Of a stretch of DNA of 64,000 bases, positions 49,247-62,188 are shown piece after piece. The notes beneath the pieces are model-generated. The model made no database searches. It saw only the letters and a program-made list of their open reading frames with translations, and was not told where the DNA came from. This DNA is from Vicugna vicugna. Taxonomy: Eukaryota. Where the stretch lies: the NCBI GenBank assembly GCA_013265495.1, contig MU058687.1:372001-436000 (forward strand). The letters run 5' to 3'. Position numbers and translations under genes: made by a program. Positions within the stretch are counted from its first letter, which is position 1; the number at the start of each line of letters is the position of its first letter.

Positions 49247-51482
49247 AAGTTATAACCAGTGTTTGTATAATATTTTGTGTTCAGCTTTCCCCCCCAGCTT
49301 ATACATATTTCTATTAACACAACTTATATATTCCTTGTTTTAGAAACTATGTTATTCCAATATTAATTCTTAAAAATTAAAAATATGATGCACTTTAAAA
49401 TTCTCTGAAAATATCATAACCCACCACTGAAGCCTTCCATTTTTTTCTGTTACAGTCCCAACATTTTACTTAAGGAAAAGAATTAAAGTCAGAAAAACAA
49501 CTCACACAATGTCCTGCTTGTTCCTAAGGATGACAATGAATTTAAACACTTTAAATAAAAGTCAGATAATTTCAGGAAAGAGTGGGAAGAAAAGTAATGA
49601 GTCATTACTTTTAAGACTATAGACATCAGTTAATAATTGAATAATAAAAGTTAATGTGGTTGGCTGAAATCTGACCACTTTGTCCAAAGTGATGAACTAG
49701 TAGTGCATCAATTCTAATTCCTTTATTGATTAATAAAAATTAAATACTAATCAAGGAAGATATAGAGTGAGAATATTTATATTAACAAAATAGCAAAAAT
49801 GTAAAATGACTATAACTCAATAAAAAATGTAGAAAAAGAAAACAGAATAGCAACTTTCTTCATGTTAAATGCAGAAAAAAATTTCTAATCATACAATGGT
49901 TAACTGAAGAGATATTTGGTAGAAAGGGATTAAGACTGACAACTGGCACAGGTTTGAAAATCACTGAAAAATTTTATAACAAGCATTTTTCAAATATTAA
50001 CTAGACAAAAAAGGTTTATTAAAAAATCAATTTTTATGAAATCGTTGCCCAAGAGCCATAAGATCTGTGAGCACAGACACTAAAGGGGAGCAACTGAACA
50101 GGAAGAAGAATTTCCCAACAATATAAGCTGTCTCATAGTGGTGGGGAGGGGAGAATTCTTGCCCCAAGGGCTCAGCTGAAATATGATCACATTGTCCAAA
50201 GTGGACACAATCACAATTCAGACAGCTGGTTTTAAGGTCCCTCCAACACTAAGATCAAATACTCTGACTCTCAATAAAGGAATTAGAACTGATGCACTGG
50301 TAGTTACCAACAAAAATAAAATTATTTCCTATAAATAGATGACTTCTTTCTGTACTTTTCTCCATTTTAATCAAAACAGCATTAGACATGTGTCAAAAGG
50401 TCCATTCTGAACAATGAAACCATCTGAGTCTTATTCCGACATGAGCTCAGGCGGTGCATGATTTCATCCTTCATTGTTTCAAGCTTGACTTAGCTACAAT
50501 AATCACTGCACAGGAAAAGCTTTTGCTATTGCTGCCTCTCCTCAGAAGTCACAAGGCCTCTTCTTACCTATTCATTAAAGGAAGAAAGTCCTTTAGGGAA
50601 GAAGATACTATTAATCAGGAGGGGATTAATACTGCCCCAATGAGCAAATATAATGAAAAACAATGATAAACTCTCTCTGCCTCCAAATCCACATTCACTG
50701 TGGGGGGCACTTATTTGCAGAAGAGTAATTGCAAGGATCAGTGCCATTTGTCACTGTTTATACTGGAGTTTGTGGGAGGAGAAGTGGAAACATATTTTCC
50801 CTTTCTTGTTATCAACTGAAAAACAGCTACTCCTTCAAACATGTTGAATTAAAATGAAAAACATGAGAAAGGCAAATATTATAATCATACCCCATGTATA
50901 AAGCAAAGAATAGTGACTCCAGATAAGTACTGGTCCTCCAATATGTCTTTAAAATGCTTCCTCTCTAAATACCATGACATTTTAATTTTAAAAGTATTTG
51001 GTAACAATGTTTCTAAAGTGACATATTTTATTTATGGTTCATGGTTATGACTATGATCATAAGTTAAACTTTTTTTCCTGTAAACTTGGGATTCCTCCAG
51101 GGACTACAGGTCTACAGGACTGTTTGCCCTTCTGCCACCCAGTTGTCCCAGAGCTATGCTTTCTGAGACAGTTTTCCTCAACATGATGCTATCTATTGTC
51201 ACTGATCAGGGTTGTCACATGCCTGACTCGTTCCATAAGCTGCCACCATCTAATTAAAAATCTTTTGTGGGATGTGAATCAGAGAGCCATAATCATGAGA
51301 CTTTTATGTCAACTTTCACAAATGAGGGCCTCTCCAAAAGAATAAGGATAGTGGATACTGGGATAGCTTTTAGCAGCTCATTGATTCCTTTCAATTTACT
51401 ATGAGCTCTCAGCTAGCAATAAGAAAGCAGTATTTGCAGAAATCTGACTGTAATGGGGTATTACTTTATATGGGTTACTTAC

Positions 51483-51546
51483 CAATTTTTCCTTTTTCTT
51501 ATGGGCTCTCCCCTTTTTTCTTTCAATTAATGTGTCACTTTTCAAC
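51483..51546 (-). other. ENTPD5: ENTPD5 5' leader exon 3 (64 nt)
   Basis: cttctgcag acceptor and gtaagt donor; gttgaaaagtga...aaaaattg resembles the recalled human ENTPD5 leader. Confidence 0.75.
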
Positions 51547-52039
51547 CTGCAGAAGATGGACATGGATACTCATAAGAGCTAGGTTCTCTTTTTTCTCTCT
51601 TGTCAGTATGCCTATTTTGATGCAATTATCTCTTTTCACATTTCTGTTTCCAATCTATTCAGTCTTTGGAAAGCAGATCACCAAGCTTATATCCTAACTT
51701 GCAGTGTAGAACTCTTGGGTTCTTTCTCCTCTTCCACATTTTCTTTTCATTCAAACTACAACCACAGCCACTCTTTATCACTTGTTTACAAAATCAGCAA
51801 TAACAAAGGGAGGCATGTCACACTCCCTCTAAAAGGCAGTGTATGTTTTTGTGTAAATGTATGTGTGCAAATGTATTGGGGTGGGGAGCAATGACTAATG
51901 TATAAACAAAGGGCATAAGTTTATGCATTTTATGAAGTCCTTTTTTGGCTGTGAAAAACTCAAATACCAGTTGTATGTTCTACAGTGTGACCGAGAGTGG
52001 CCACTTCCTATTACATGTATGAATATGTGATTCAAATGG

Positions 52040-52590
52040 ACCAAGTTAATCCCAGTCCTAGGTACACAGCCAAAGGAATTAAAAACAGGGACTCAAACAG
52101 ATATTTCTATACCAGTGTTCATTACAGCATTATTCACAACAGCTAGAGGTGGAAAAAATCCAAGTGCTCTATCCGTATACATAGAAAATAGGATACATAC
52201 ACACACAATGCAATAATATTTAGCTAAAAAAATCAAAGAAGCTATGTGCTACAACATGGATGAAACTTGAAAATGCTATGCTAAGTTAAAGAAGCCAGAC
52301 ACAAAAAGACAGATATTATATGACATTATATTTCACTCGTATGAAATATCTAGAATTGGCAAATTCATACAGACAGAAAGCAGAGTTAACAGGGGTTGGA
52401 GGGAGGGGAGAATGGAAGTTACTGCTTACAGGTCTAAAGTTTGTGTTTGGGGTGATGAAAAAGTTCTGAAAACAATAGTGCTGGTTGTACAACACTGTGA
52501 ATGCAATTAATACTACTGAACTGTACACTTAGAAAGGTTAAAATGGCAATTTTTATGTTGTAAATATTTTACCACAGTAAAAAAAATTTC
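52040..52590 (+). mobile_element. L1MB-like 3' fragment
   Basis: caaaggaattaaaaacagggactcaaacaga...actgaactgtacacttag...ttttaccacag. Confidence 0.82.
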
Positions 52591-53636
52591 TTAAACAGCA
52601 GAGGGAACCAAGCACTGCTAACATATGATCATAACAGGAAAACCTTTGGCTACTGTCTTAACAGAGCAACAGTTGTGATACTACTTCTCCCTTGGCTACC
52701 TCATGAGCACACAGCCAATTATGACTTAAATTCTGGATGGTAATGCTGATACTCAGAAAATGTCTTTAAATATTTGAATTTATATAGTATCTTAAATTCT
52801 CCTAGAAAAAGTTAAACTTACCAATGCAACATAAACCTGAAAATTATACGCTCGAGAGGATTTGAACAATGCTATAAATTTTAACTAGAGGGCCTCCAAA
52901 GCAAACATCTTCAAGAAAAGTCTTCCTAAATCTTGTTGACTATAACTTAAACACTTCTCCAGATATTCCCTTGGTATCCTAGGATGGAATGAGTGGTATC
53001 TACCCCAAGCATGCAATCTTGATGACATTTCTATTAAGTTTTCCTTTCAAAAAACACTCATATTGTGTATATGCCAATTCAATGAACTCAAAACAGGAGA
53101 CATCTCCAAACATCCCTCTTCCTCAATGTCCCTGCACCAGAGAGTTAAATGGATTCTCTTTCTAATTTCCTGTTTCTGTTAATGGCATCACAAATTTCCT
53201 ATTTTACAACTCAAAATCTTCATCCTTGAATTCTCTCTCATGCCTTCTATACAGTCCAATCTCTTATACAGGACTGATGGTTTTTGCTTTGCAGCGTCTT
53301 TCCCAACTTTTTCTCTTTTTCGCCTCCTAGTCCCCTGCTGATATCCACAGTATGGCCTTTATTACTTCAGGATTGGACTGTTATAGCCTCTTAACTGGTC
53401 TTCCAGTCCTCAATGTCTCTCTCCTCAACTCCATACACTACCATCTTCCTAAAATGCAATTTTCATCATTTTCCCACTAGATTGTAACCCACATCATGGC
53501 AGGTGTCCATTCATCTTTGAACACTGTACAACCTGGCATATATGTTCAATTAATCAATGTTTGTTGAGTGAATTAATGAATATATAAGTCACATCATTTT
53601 CCTTCTGAAAACTTTCATCGATTTTCCACTGTCCAT

Positions 53637-54013
53637 AACAGAAGTTACAAACTCAAATACTGAAATGCCTACCTGGGCCAGGCAGAAAACGTAACACCTG
53701 AGTAAACGTGTGTGTAAAACAACAGGAAGTGGTGGGGACTGTGCAAACTGGGAAGCACATGTCCCACCTAAAAGGTCAGTTGCTTGCTGTTCCAGATTGC
53801 TACCATCCTGAAATATAGGCACAGTACTGCCAGGTCTTCTCCTTTTTCAAGATAAGCTAAAAGCACAGATTTCTAAATAGAATCTGGTTTTAAAACAGTG
53901 ACAACTAATTTCATTAAAAAAAACAACAACTAAAAAAAAAAACACTGTGCAGAACATATAAAACATTATTTATGGGTTGAATCCAGCCCTCAAGTGTCCA
54001 GTTGGTCACTCTG
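53637..54013. mobile_element. hAT-Charlie non-autonomous element (MER102-like)
   Basis: cagaagttacaaactcaaat...aaatgcctac...ggccaggcag start and ccagttggtcactctg end. Confidence 0.5.
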
Positions 54014-54131
54014 CTCCGTAGGATAAAAGACAAACTTCTTCCCTATCATTCTGAGTCCTTCACTGTGAATTCCCAGGCTACCTTAACAAAGTTTTTTGCC
54101 CACTACTTCCACATAAGAACCCTCTGCTCTA

Positions 54132-54310
54132 GTCTAATGGTTCTCAAACTTTGGCATGCACCTAGAGGGTTTGTTAAAACATAGACTGTTGTGCTTCACT
54201 GCCAACATTTTGGATTCAATAGGCCCCAAGTGGGGTCTGAGAATTTGCATTTCTAACAAGTTCCCAGATGATGCTGATATGTGTGGACACTTTGGGAACC
54301 AATGCTCTAG
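54132..54310. mobile_element. MER5A-like relic
   Basis: tggttctcaaactt...gagaatttgcatttctaacaagttcccagatgatgctgat...cactttgggaacca. Confidence 0.78.
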
Positions 54311-55555
54311 TTAAATTTGTCCTTGTCTCAAGCACACGGTGATTTCACCCATATTGCTCTACCTTTCCAGAAAGCCTTCCTTTTGACTTTTAGACTACCT
54401 CATCCTGAAAACATTCTCTACAGCAGTCTTTTCATGCCTCCAAATTCCTGTAGCACTTAAGAGTCCATGCCATCTCCCTTTTATCCATCACCACTTGTTG
54501 ATTTTTATGGTTAACTGTTTGTGCATAGCAGCCAATGAAGTTCTGTATTCTCAGAGATCAATGTCCAGGTCAGCACGTTATACACCTGACTGTGAGCCAC
54601 TTGAAGGCAGGGGCCCTGTCTTGTCTCACATTGTATCCTTCAAGCTATCAGTGCCTGGTATACAGTTGATACTCACTAAACATTTCTTAAAAGAATGAAC
54701 ATCTGACAGATCCATGAAATGAAAGTGCAGATAAGTGGGCCTGAAATTGGGTATAAAACTTTTCTTAGAGAACTGACCGTAAGTCTTGTGTGATGGTTTT
54801 ATCAGAATGAACAACTAACAAAAATTGAATACTCTGCAAATAAATTGCCAGTAAGTAATAATTATCTGTGGCAACACATTTTGTATACAAATAAGTGAAA
54901 GCTAAAAAAAAAAAAAAAAAAGACTTGAAAATTGGTAAGACTAAATCCTTTATCTCCAGGATTCTTTATCCTCTGTAGGGGTATGAATCAGTCATTATAT
55001 CACAAGATAATACCTATTTAATAAAATTCTATATTTGCACCACATGCAATAAAAATGTAGGATGAAACTAACTTCCCATAATAGTCATAAATACTGATCA
55101 GTCCCTTCGGTTATAGTTTGGATGACAGTATCTTTACCCAGGATTCTAAAGGCTGTGTGAAAACAAAACCAAAAACTGTTCACCTAGTCTCTTCTACTCA
55201 TAGAGTAGCATCTGCTATCAAGTGAGTACCAGGATGATTTAAGAGTAGAAACTTGGTCTCCAGGCCAAACCAGAATAAAGCCACAGATGACTTTACAAAC
55301 TAAACCCCATTTTGGAACTACTGGAAGAGGAAATCAGAAATGATATATAGCTTGAGATATAGTCCTTATTTGGCTTCTTGAACAACTCCACACTTGATGG
55401 TATTACAATCAATGGGACATCTGGCAAAGATAGAAAATCCAACTCAGGAAAAAACAAAAACAAACAAACCAAAAAAACCAACTCAGGAGCCCATGAAGTA
55501 CTTTACAGCTTTAAGACAGCAGACATGTTACCTTACATCCAGATACTTGCCCTAC

Positions 55556-55613
55556 CTACCAGGACCATAATGATCTTGTTTGCATGAGGATTCAGCCAAT
55601 ACACTCCACATTT
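55556..55613 (-). other. ENTPD5: ENTPD5 5' leader exon 2 (58 nt)
   Basis: catcatag acceptor and tandem gtag/gtag donors; ggctgaatcctcat...caagatcattatggt resembles the recalled human leader. Confidence 0.72.
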
Positions 55614-57496
55614 CTATGATGATGAGGAACTATGTAAACTGCACAAAAAAAAAGAATTACAAAGTCAAGTCAACAAAACACTAAGTGCTTATGCCAAGTT
55701 TTAAAATTCTAAATAATGAAACAAAGCAAATTTATTCAGCAAAATAAACTTCATAGTAAAACTACCTACCAGAAATTATGGAAGGAAGTATTACCAGATG
55801 AATTGCTAAATAAGAACTTCATCCTCTACTATCTGTACCATCAGATGTTTCTTACAGAGAGATGACTTAACAATAACACCTAGTTCTTTCACAGAGAACG
55901 TGGAGGTTCAGAAGACTGTAGATTCTAGAACTACCTCTACTACAGTGTGAACCTGGGTATTTCTCTTAGCCATATTCAAGTCACAAGAGTTTTAACTACA
56001 AAGTCAAATTAATAATCAATAAAAATGTTGTATGATAAAATAACTATACAGCACATGTAACTAAACTATTATGCATATATATTAAGAAATAATTTTGTTA
56101 CAGTTTTTCATGTTTAAGTAAGTGAGTCTGTAGGCCTACGTTCAAACAACAAAAGTCTTGGACTGACTTTCATATTATACAGTAACCAATTTTTAGAATG
56201 AATTTCAAATATAAAGCCTCTCATAGAAGATTCCCTATCCTCTCTTTCTTGCAAGTAATCAATAGGGTGCATTTTCAGAACCCTAGACGTATAAAATCAA
56301 TCGTAACTTTATAGATTTCTTTCAAAATAAACCCCTTCAATGTATGGTGATTCCGCCATTGACCCACGGAAACATGACATGCAAACAGAGGGGGAAATGC
56401 ACTGGGAAATAAGAGTAAACCACAACCATGCTAGAAGACAGTATGACTTAAGAGATTTTCTGTGCTCATTAACAAATCAGCATGTTCCCTCTAACCACAG
56501 AATTCAGAAACTACAGAAGTGAAAAAATAAAAGGGGGTGGGGTGGGGATTGCAACAGCGGTCAAAGACCTCTGCAGGGGGTGTGGGGATTAAATCCTCCC
56601 TAGAGAAATGGAGAGGGAAGATGGAAAATGAAGTTTTAAAAAGACATTTTAAATTCAGTTTGAAACGGAGGATAACGCACAGCAGGGCTTCAATCACAAG
56701 TTCCCTGTTTTCTTGGCAACCAGAATTCCCTATCTTAGGAAGCTCAGTGACTCAAGGACTAACTCACTGAATGAAGACATAATCACAGAGCTCCTCCCTG
56801 AAAAGGGGAAACAATTATTTTAAGTAATACCTCTTTTCATAGATGTGCTCAGGGAAGAAAATAAAACAAAAATCCAAGACCGAAAGACATGGGCTTTCAA
56901 CTTCACGCAACTTGCAGAAATAATGGGCTGCGGGTGCATGAGGTACTAGCAAATGGGAATCTGGGGCCGGTTCTGGGAAGGGCAGCGCTGGCCACAACAG
57001 GACTCTCCTCTCCGAGAACTCTCCCCGAGGCCCCAGAGCCTCTCCCGCCCCAGGTGGCAGCACTTTTCTCCTCGCCGAGCTCCCAGACGCCGGCACGCGC
57101 TGCCCGCCTCACCCCTAAACATCACTCTCGGAGAAGTCCTCACACTGCCTCATCAAAAAAAATGTTTGGCTTGGTAAGTCTCCTGACTGCGCCATCCCTT
57201 ACAGAATTAGCAAGAGTCAGAAGCCAAGAGAGGGAGAAAGAAACCAAGAGTCGGGCAGCTTCGGGAGAGGCCGCGGCCACGCTGGCTGCGGCGCGAGGGA
57301 AGGGGAGAACTTGAGGGCGAGACGCGAAAGGCTGCAACCCCGCGGGGGGCGGTCGGACCCAAAGGGAAACAAGCCTCCTTAGGAGAGGACGCTCCGACCG
57401 TCACCATCACCGCCCGGGATGGCCTGCTCCCTGCCGCCTGCCAGCCCAGCTAGGACGCTGGTCAGGCTCTGGCGCCTCCGCCGCTCGCACACTCAC

Positions 57497-57620
57497 CGCG
57501 CGCGCGCCGCCCCGCCGCGGCCACCCGCCGCCCTCTGCGCGATCTCCGCCCCGCCCCCTGCGCCCGGCCGGAGGGCGGGGCTCGCGCAGTGGCGTTGGGG
57601 CTACGTCACCGGCGCGTGCG
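57497..57620 (-). other. ENTPD5: ENTPD5 exon 1 (non-coding; upstream boundary approximate)
   Basis: Consensus donor gcg|gtgagt at 57496 inside the CpG island. Confidence 0.65.
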
Positions 57621-57749
57621 CTCTCTGCGCGCAGAGGACGGCCCGAGCGGAACGTTACCCGCGCGGCGTCCTGGTGTCCTTGGAGACGGAACCCGGCCCC
57701 GGCTGCGGCGAGAGGCCACGACGACAGCGGGGGCCCTGAAAAAGCCAAG

Positions 57750-57823
57750 ATGCCGTCGAAGGAAAAGGACAAAAAGAAAGGCAAGAGCAAAGACAAAGGC
57801 AAAGATAAAGACAAGAAGAAGAA
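57750..57823 (+). CDS. BBOF1: BBOF1 exon 1 coding part
   Basis: aagATGc start; Lys-rich N-terminus; gtaagg donor in phase 2. Confidence 0.9.
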
Positions 57824-60800
57824 GTAAGGAGAAGCACCCTGGGGTCCCTGCTCCCTGCTGGATGACTGGCACCCTCCCGCTGGTCCTCCTGGACCCTTCT
57901 CTCTCTCACTCTTCTCTTCCTGCTTCAGAAAAGGACAGCTCCCATTGTTCAGAAATTTCCAAAATGCATGCCAAGCCATACTGTTTCGATTAAGACAAGA
58001 GTATGAGATTTGGGACCCAGAAGTTATTTAGACACAGCCTCTGCCTATGTGTAATGCACTAACGAGGAGACAGATAGCCCTCAAAGAATAGAAGTAACAC
58101 AGGATAGAATGAAATAGGTGCTAGTGCAAGAACACAGAACTGAGAATGAGGAGAAAGAGTTCTGACTCTGGAAATAAAAGTCAGGATAACATGTCTTGGG
58201 ATGTTGGAGGTCCTCTAGACCTGTGCTGTCCAATAGAGTGGTCACTGGTCATGTGTGGCTATTAAATTAAAATTAGTTAAAATTTAAAATTCAGATCCTT
58301 ATTTGTACTAGCCACATTACGTGTACTCAATAGGCGCTTGTGCCTAGTGGTGACTGTATTGGACAGCTCAGATATAGAGCATTTTCATCATCGCAGGAAG
58401 TTCTATTGGACAGCACTGCTCTAGATCAGTGATTCTCAGGCTGGGACGATTTTGGCTTCCAGAAGACATATGTCAACATCTGGAGACATTTTTGGGTGTC
58501 ACATCTGGGGATGTGTGCTACTGGCATCTAGTGACTAGGGACCAAGGATGCTGTTAAATATCCTGCAGTGCACAAGACAACCAAAGATCATGTGGTTCAG
58601 AATATCAGCAGTGCCAGGGTTGGGAAAACCTGCTCAAGACTTTAAGCGTCTCTGGAATAGGCACTGAGCATTATTCACCACATTTCCAGCACCTAGCAGA
58701 GAGCCTGGATCATAGCAGATGCTTAATATTTGTTAAATAAATTAAGGTGTCTGCTTGTATATGCTTCAACTTGGATCTTTTTTTCCCCCGAGAACTGTGC
58801 TCTGGGTTTGTTGCTTTATGCTTGTAGCCTGTGAAATTTCTGCTGTGTGGTTGAGATCATCTTGAATATCCAAAGGCTCTCTGGGTGATTGAAGTAGCTC
58901 CTTGGGCTTTTTCAGGGACCCTTTTGGTTCAAAGGAAAACCTAAAGGAGTTGACCAAATTGGGTTATTCAGGTTTCCCCAAACTGATAAGAATTTCTGAA
59001 CTGAGTAGTATTGTTCTAGTACTAAACCTTTGCAGGCTTGGAGTTGCTGCTAGATTGCCACTGAACCTATTGAATGACCCTAGTGGTTCCTAGACACATT
59101 GGAATCATACATGGTGTCCAACAACACAGTATGTGGGACCGCAAGGGAATCTCCTAAACTTGTAAAGTTTATAAAGTAACTTGTTTAAGAGAGTAATGCA
59201 TGCTCATTACAGAAAGTGTAAGAAACATGGAAAGTCAAAGGAGAAAAAAAAAATCACCTGTAATCCCATCATCCAAAGATAACCACTGCTATCATTTTGG
59301 AATATTCTTTTTCTTCTTTATAAAATGATAGTCCAATATACAGATTTATATTTGTAGCTCCCCTACTCCAGTGTATTATTATAAATATTCTTCTACAGTG
59401 TGATTTAAGAAAAAAATTTTTTAGGCTAATTAGTCTGGCATTTTTATTTTATTTCAAGTATAGTCAGTTACAATGTGTCAATTTCTGGTGAACAGCAGAG
59501 TGTCCCAGTTATATGTATACATACATATATTTATTTTCATATTCTTTTTCATTGAAGATTATTACAAGATATTGAAAATAGTTCCCTGTGTTATACAGAA
59601 GAAACTTGTTTTTTTAAAATCTATTTTTATATATAGTGGCTAACATTTGCAAATCTTAAACTCCCAAATTTATCCCTTCCTACCCTGTTTCCCCGGCAAC
59701 GTAAGATTGTTTACTATGTCTGTGAATTAGTTTCTGTTTTGTAAATGAGTTCATAGTGTCTTTTTTTTTTTAAGATTCCACATATGAGTGATATATGGTA
59801 TTTTTCTTTCTCTTTCTGGCTTACTGAACTTAGAATTACCATCTCCAGGTCCATCCATGTTGCTGCAAATGGCATTATTTTATTCTTTTTTATGGTTGAG
59901 TTAGTCTAGCATTTTTTAAAAATGCCAAGGGCTTATCATTCCTGGAACTCACTGGCATATGTTTTCTATTTTTGACCATGCATCTACAGTGAGAGAGGGT
60001 AACAGACCTTTTATTCCTTGAATTTTCCGTGACTCATAGTTTGAGAAATCCTGCTTTGTTTCTGCAATCAGTATTAGTGGTCTTCCTATGACAAATACTA
60101 TCCAATTTCTTGCATCAGTTACTCTGAGCAGCGTAGACCTGATACTTCCAGAGAGAAACTGAATTTTTGTAGCAAGGCAATCTGTCATTAATGCCTAAAT
60201 CATGCTGGAAAGGGAGATCAACAGCTATAACCGACTGAGGGGTTGGGGATGGAGCTAGCTTTAATTTGAAGAGAAGAAAAGGTGAGAATGGGACTGGAAA
60301 GGAATCAAGAACCAGGAGTTAGGAGGTGGGATGGAGAGTGACAGTATAGAAAGGTCTACACATACGAATGTGTGAAAATATCTAGAATTCAAATATAGGT
60401 GAGGTCTTATTTATTATCTAAATATGTATATACCCAGTGCCTGCCATATATAGGGGATAGTGTTTTGTTAATGCTCATATAATAAATCTTTATTTTGGAA
60501 AATCTCCCCTTTTATCATTTTAATGTTTAAAACCGTCATTATTTTAAAATTTCCTCTCCACTTCTATATAAATGATTATGGTTTCTTTCCCTGCCATCCT
60601 TGAAGCCTGGTGTATTGTGGCAAAACAACCTAAAACAAAAACAAAACTGGGATTAGGGGTGAATGGAAGATTACAGAAGTGTGGATTTAAAATTAGTTAC
60701 ATTAAAATACATCATCATGCAGAACGGGAACTAAGGTAATGAATTTGCAGTGGAGAGAACCAAGATCTAAGACTGAGTGAGTAGGCACAGAAAAGACTGC

Positions 60801-61331
60801 AAATATGAGAGAATCAAAGAAGTGAATGAAAAGATGCGAAAGCTTTATCAAATGAATTTGACTTATCATGCCTGTTTGTTTTTCCAGTCCTTTAGAGTTA
60901 TGCGTCACAGCTCCCCTCTTTCAGGAAGAGGCACTTAACTCTATTGTCAAGTAAATATTTCTTATTAACTCATTCATACGATAGTATTTGCTCATATGAG
61001 CCAGGCAAATACCAAGCAAAACAAATAATAATAAAGAGAAAGGTGTAATACTAATATAATAGAGAAATAGTTATATGCTGTCAATGTCCCCTTCCCGTAC
61101 AGGAAGCCAGTAAAAGTTGAGGAATCTGCCGTGGACAGAGCCAAGGCCAATGCGGCCCTTTGGGAGGCCAGGCTGGAAGTCACAGAACTCTCTAGGATTG
61201 AGTATCGTGATACTTCCCGGAGACTGGCAAAAAGTAACGAGAACTTAAAGAAACAGCAGTATAGAATGGAGAGAGACACAATGTCTGTATTAAGCTACCT
61301 GAAGAAGCAGGATCAGGAGAAAGATAATCTG
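57750..61331 (+). CDS. BBOF1: BBOF1 (CCDC176) basal body orientation factor 1, 5' part: join(57750-57823,61103-61331); continues beyond the window
   Basis: MPSKEKDKKKGKSK... spliced in frame to VDRAKANAALWEARLEVTELSRIEYRDTSR...SVLSYLKKQDQEKDNL; synteny. Confidence 0.93.
58217..58630. mobile_element. Adjacent MER3-like (about 58217-58422) and MER20-like (about 58426-58630) hAT elements
   Basis: TIRs gtgctgtccaatag...ctattggacagcac; cagtgattctca...tctggagacatttttgg...ctactggcatctagtg. Confidence 0.75.
59446..59900 (-). mobile_element. 5'-truncated L1, same subfamily as 20593-21235
   Basis: Near-identical 3' UTR text; TSD ttagtctggcattttt / ttagtctagcattttt. Confidence 0.9.
61103..61331 (+). 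CDS. BBOF1: BBOF1 exon 2
   Basis: gtacag/gtaggt; 229 nt; start of the coiled coil. Confidence 0.94.
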
Positions 61332-62188
61332 GTAGGTAGGTAGAAACCTTCCTGAGCCTTAGTAACTACCTCTGTGGTTATATTGGTGTGGTTATATATT
61401 TCAAGGATTTTAATTCCTTGAAATCTCATCACATAGTTAAGGCACTTCAATTAACCTTAACTCTCCTTGAAGCAACATGTTATTTCAGAATGGCTTTACT
61501 GTCAAAATTGGCTCTTTTTTTGTTTACAGTCCTTGTCCCATGTTTTCTTGACTGAAACAAAGATTGATGATCCTAAGGGAACATTATGATCAACTTATTT
61601 TAAGAACAAGAGCATGGTATAAGATCTATATATTCTTTTGATATTGACAACTATTTAAGTTTTAATGATTTGTATCATATCAGCAGTTCACTGATAATCC
61701 ATGGTCTCATGATTATGAACCCAGGAAGCTGATTCTCTTCTTTTTGACCTGTTGAGTCTTGAATTTATCTTATTGTACCTTGTTGAAATGTTGGGAGTAG
61801 AGCTATTGTTTTAGGTCTGGGAAAAAAAGGGAAGGGAACTAACATTTTGGGGCCCCTGTTTTGTGCCCAGCACTATGCTAGGTAATATTTACCTCTGCTA
61901 TCTCATTTTGTCCTTTTAATAACCCATGTAGCTACAAATTGTCATTCCCGTTTTACAGATAAAGAAATTGACTCTCAGACAGGACAGGTATTTGCCCAAA
62001 ATCTCACAGCTCGCAGGTATTAACGTGGAATTTAGGTGTGACTTAAATTCTTCTCTTTCCCATCTGCCTCTGTGAGCCCTATGAAGACCCAAGAAAATTT
62101 CCACCATGCTTCATTCCTATGTATGTTTTTGTATTTTTATTATTTATGTAGTATATATCCACACATAATACATATTATAGTCCTGTTT

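Larger units (their letters stand above)
56950..57900. promoter_or_regulatory. CpG island and bidirectional promoter ENTPD5/BBOF1
   Basis: Very high GC and CpG content; multiple GC boxes at 57508-57580; CRE-like tgacgt (-) near 57604-57609; NRF1-like gcgcgtgcgc at 57612-57621; X-box-like gtgtccttggagac at 57674-57687. Confidence 0.88.

Noticed and set aside
56815..57993. Cluster of 65-190 aa ORFs on both strands
   Set aside because: CpG-island artefacts; the 190-aa minus ORF spliced at 57497 is out of frame with ENTPD5
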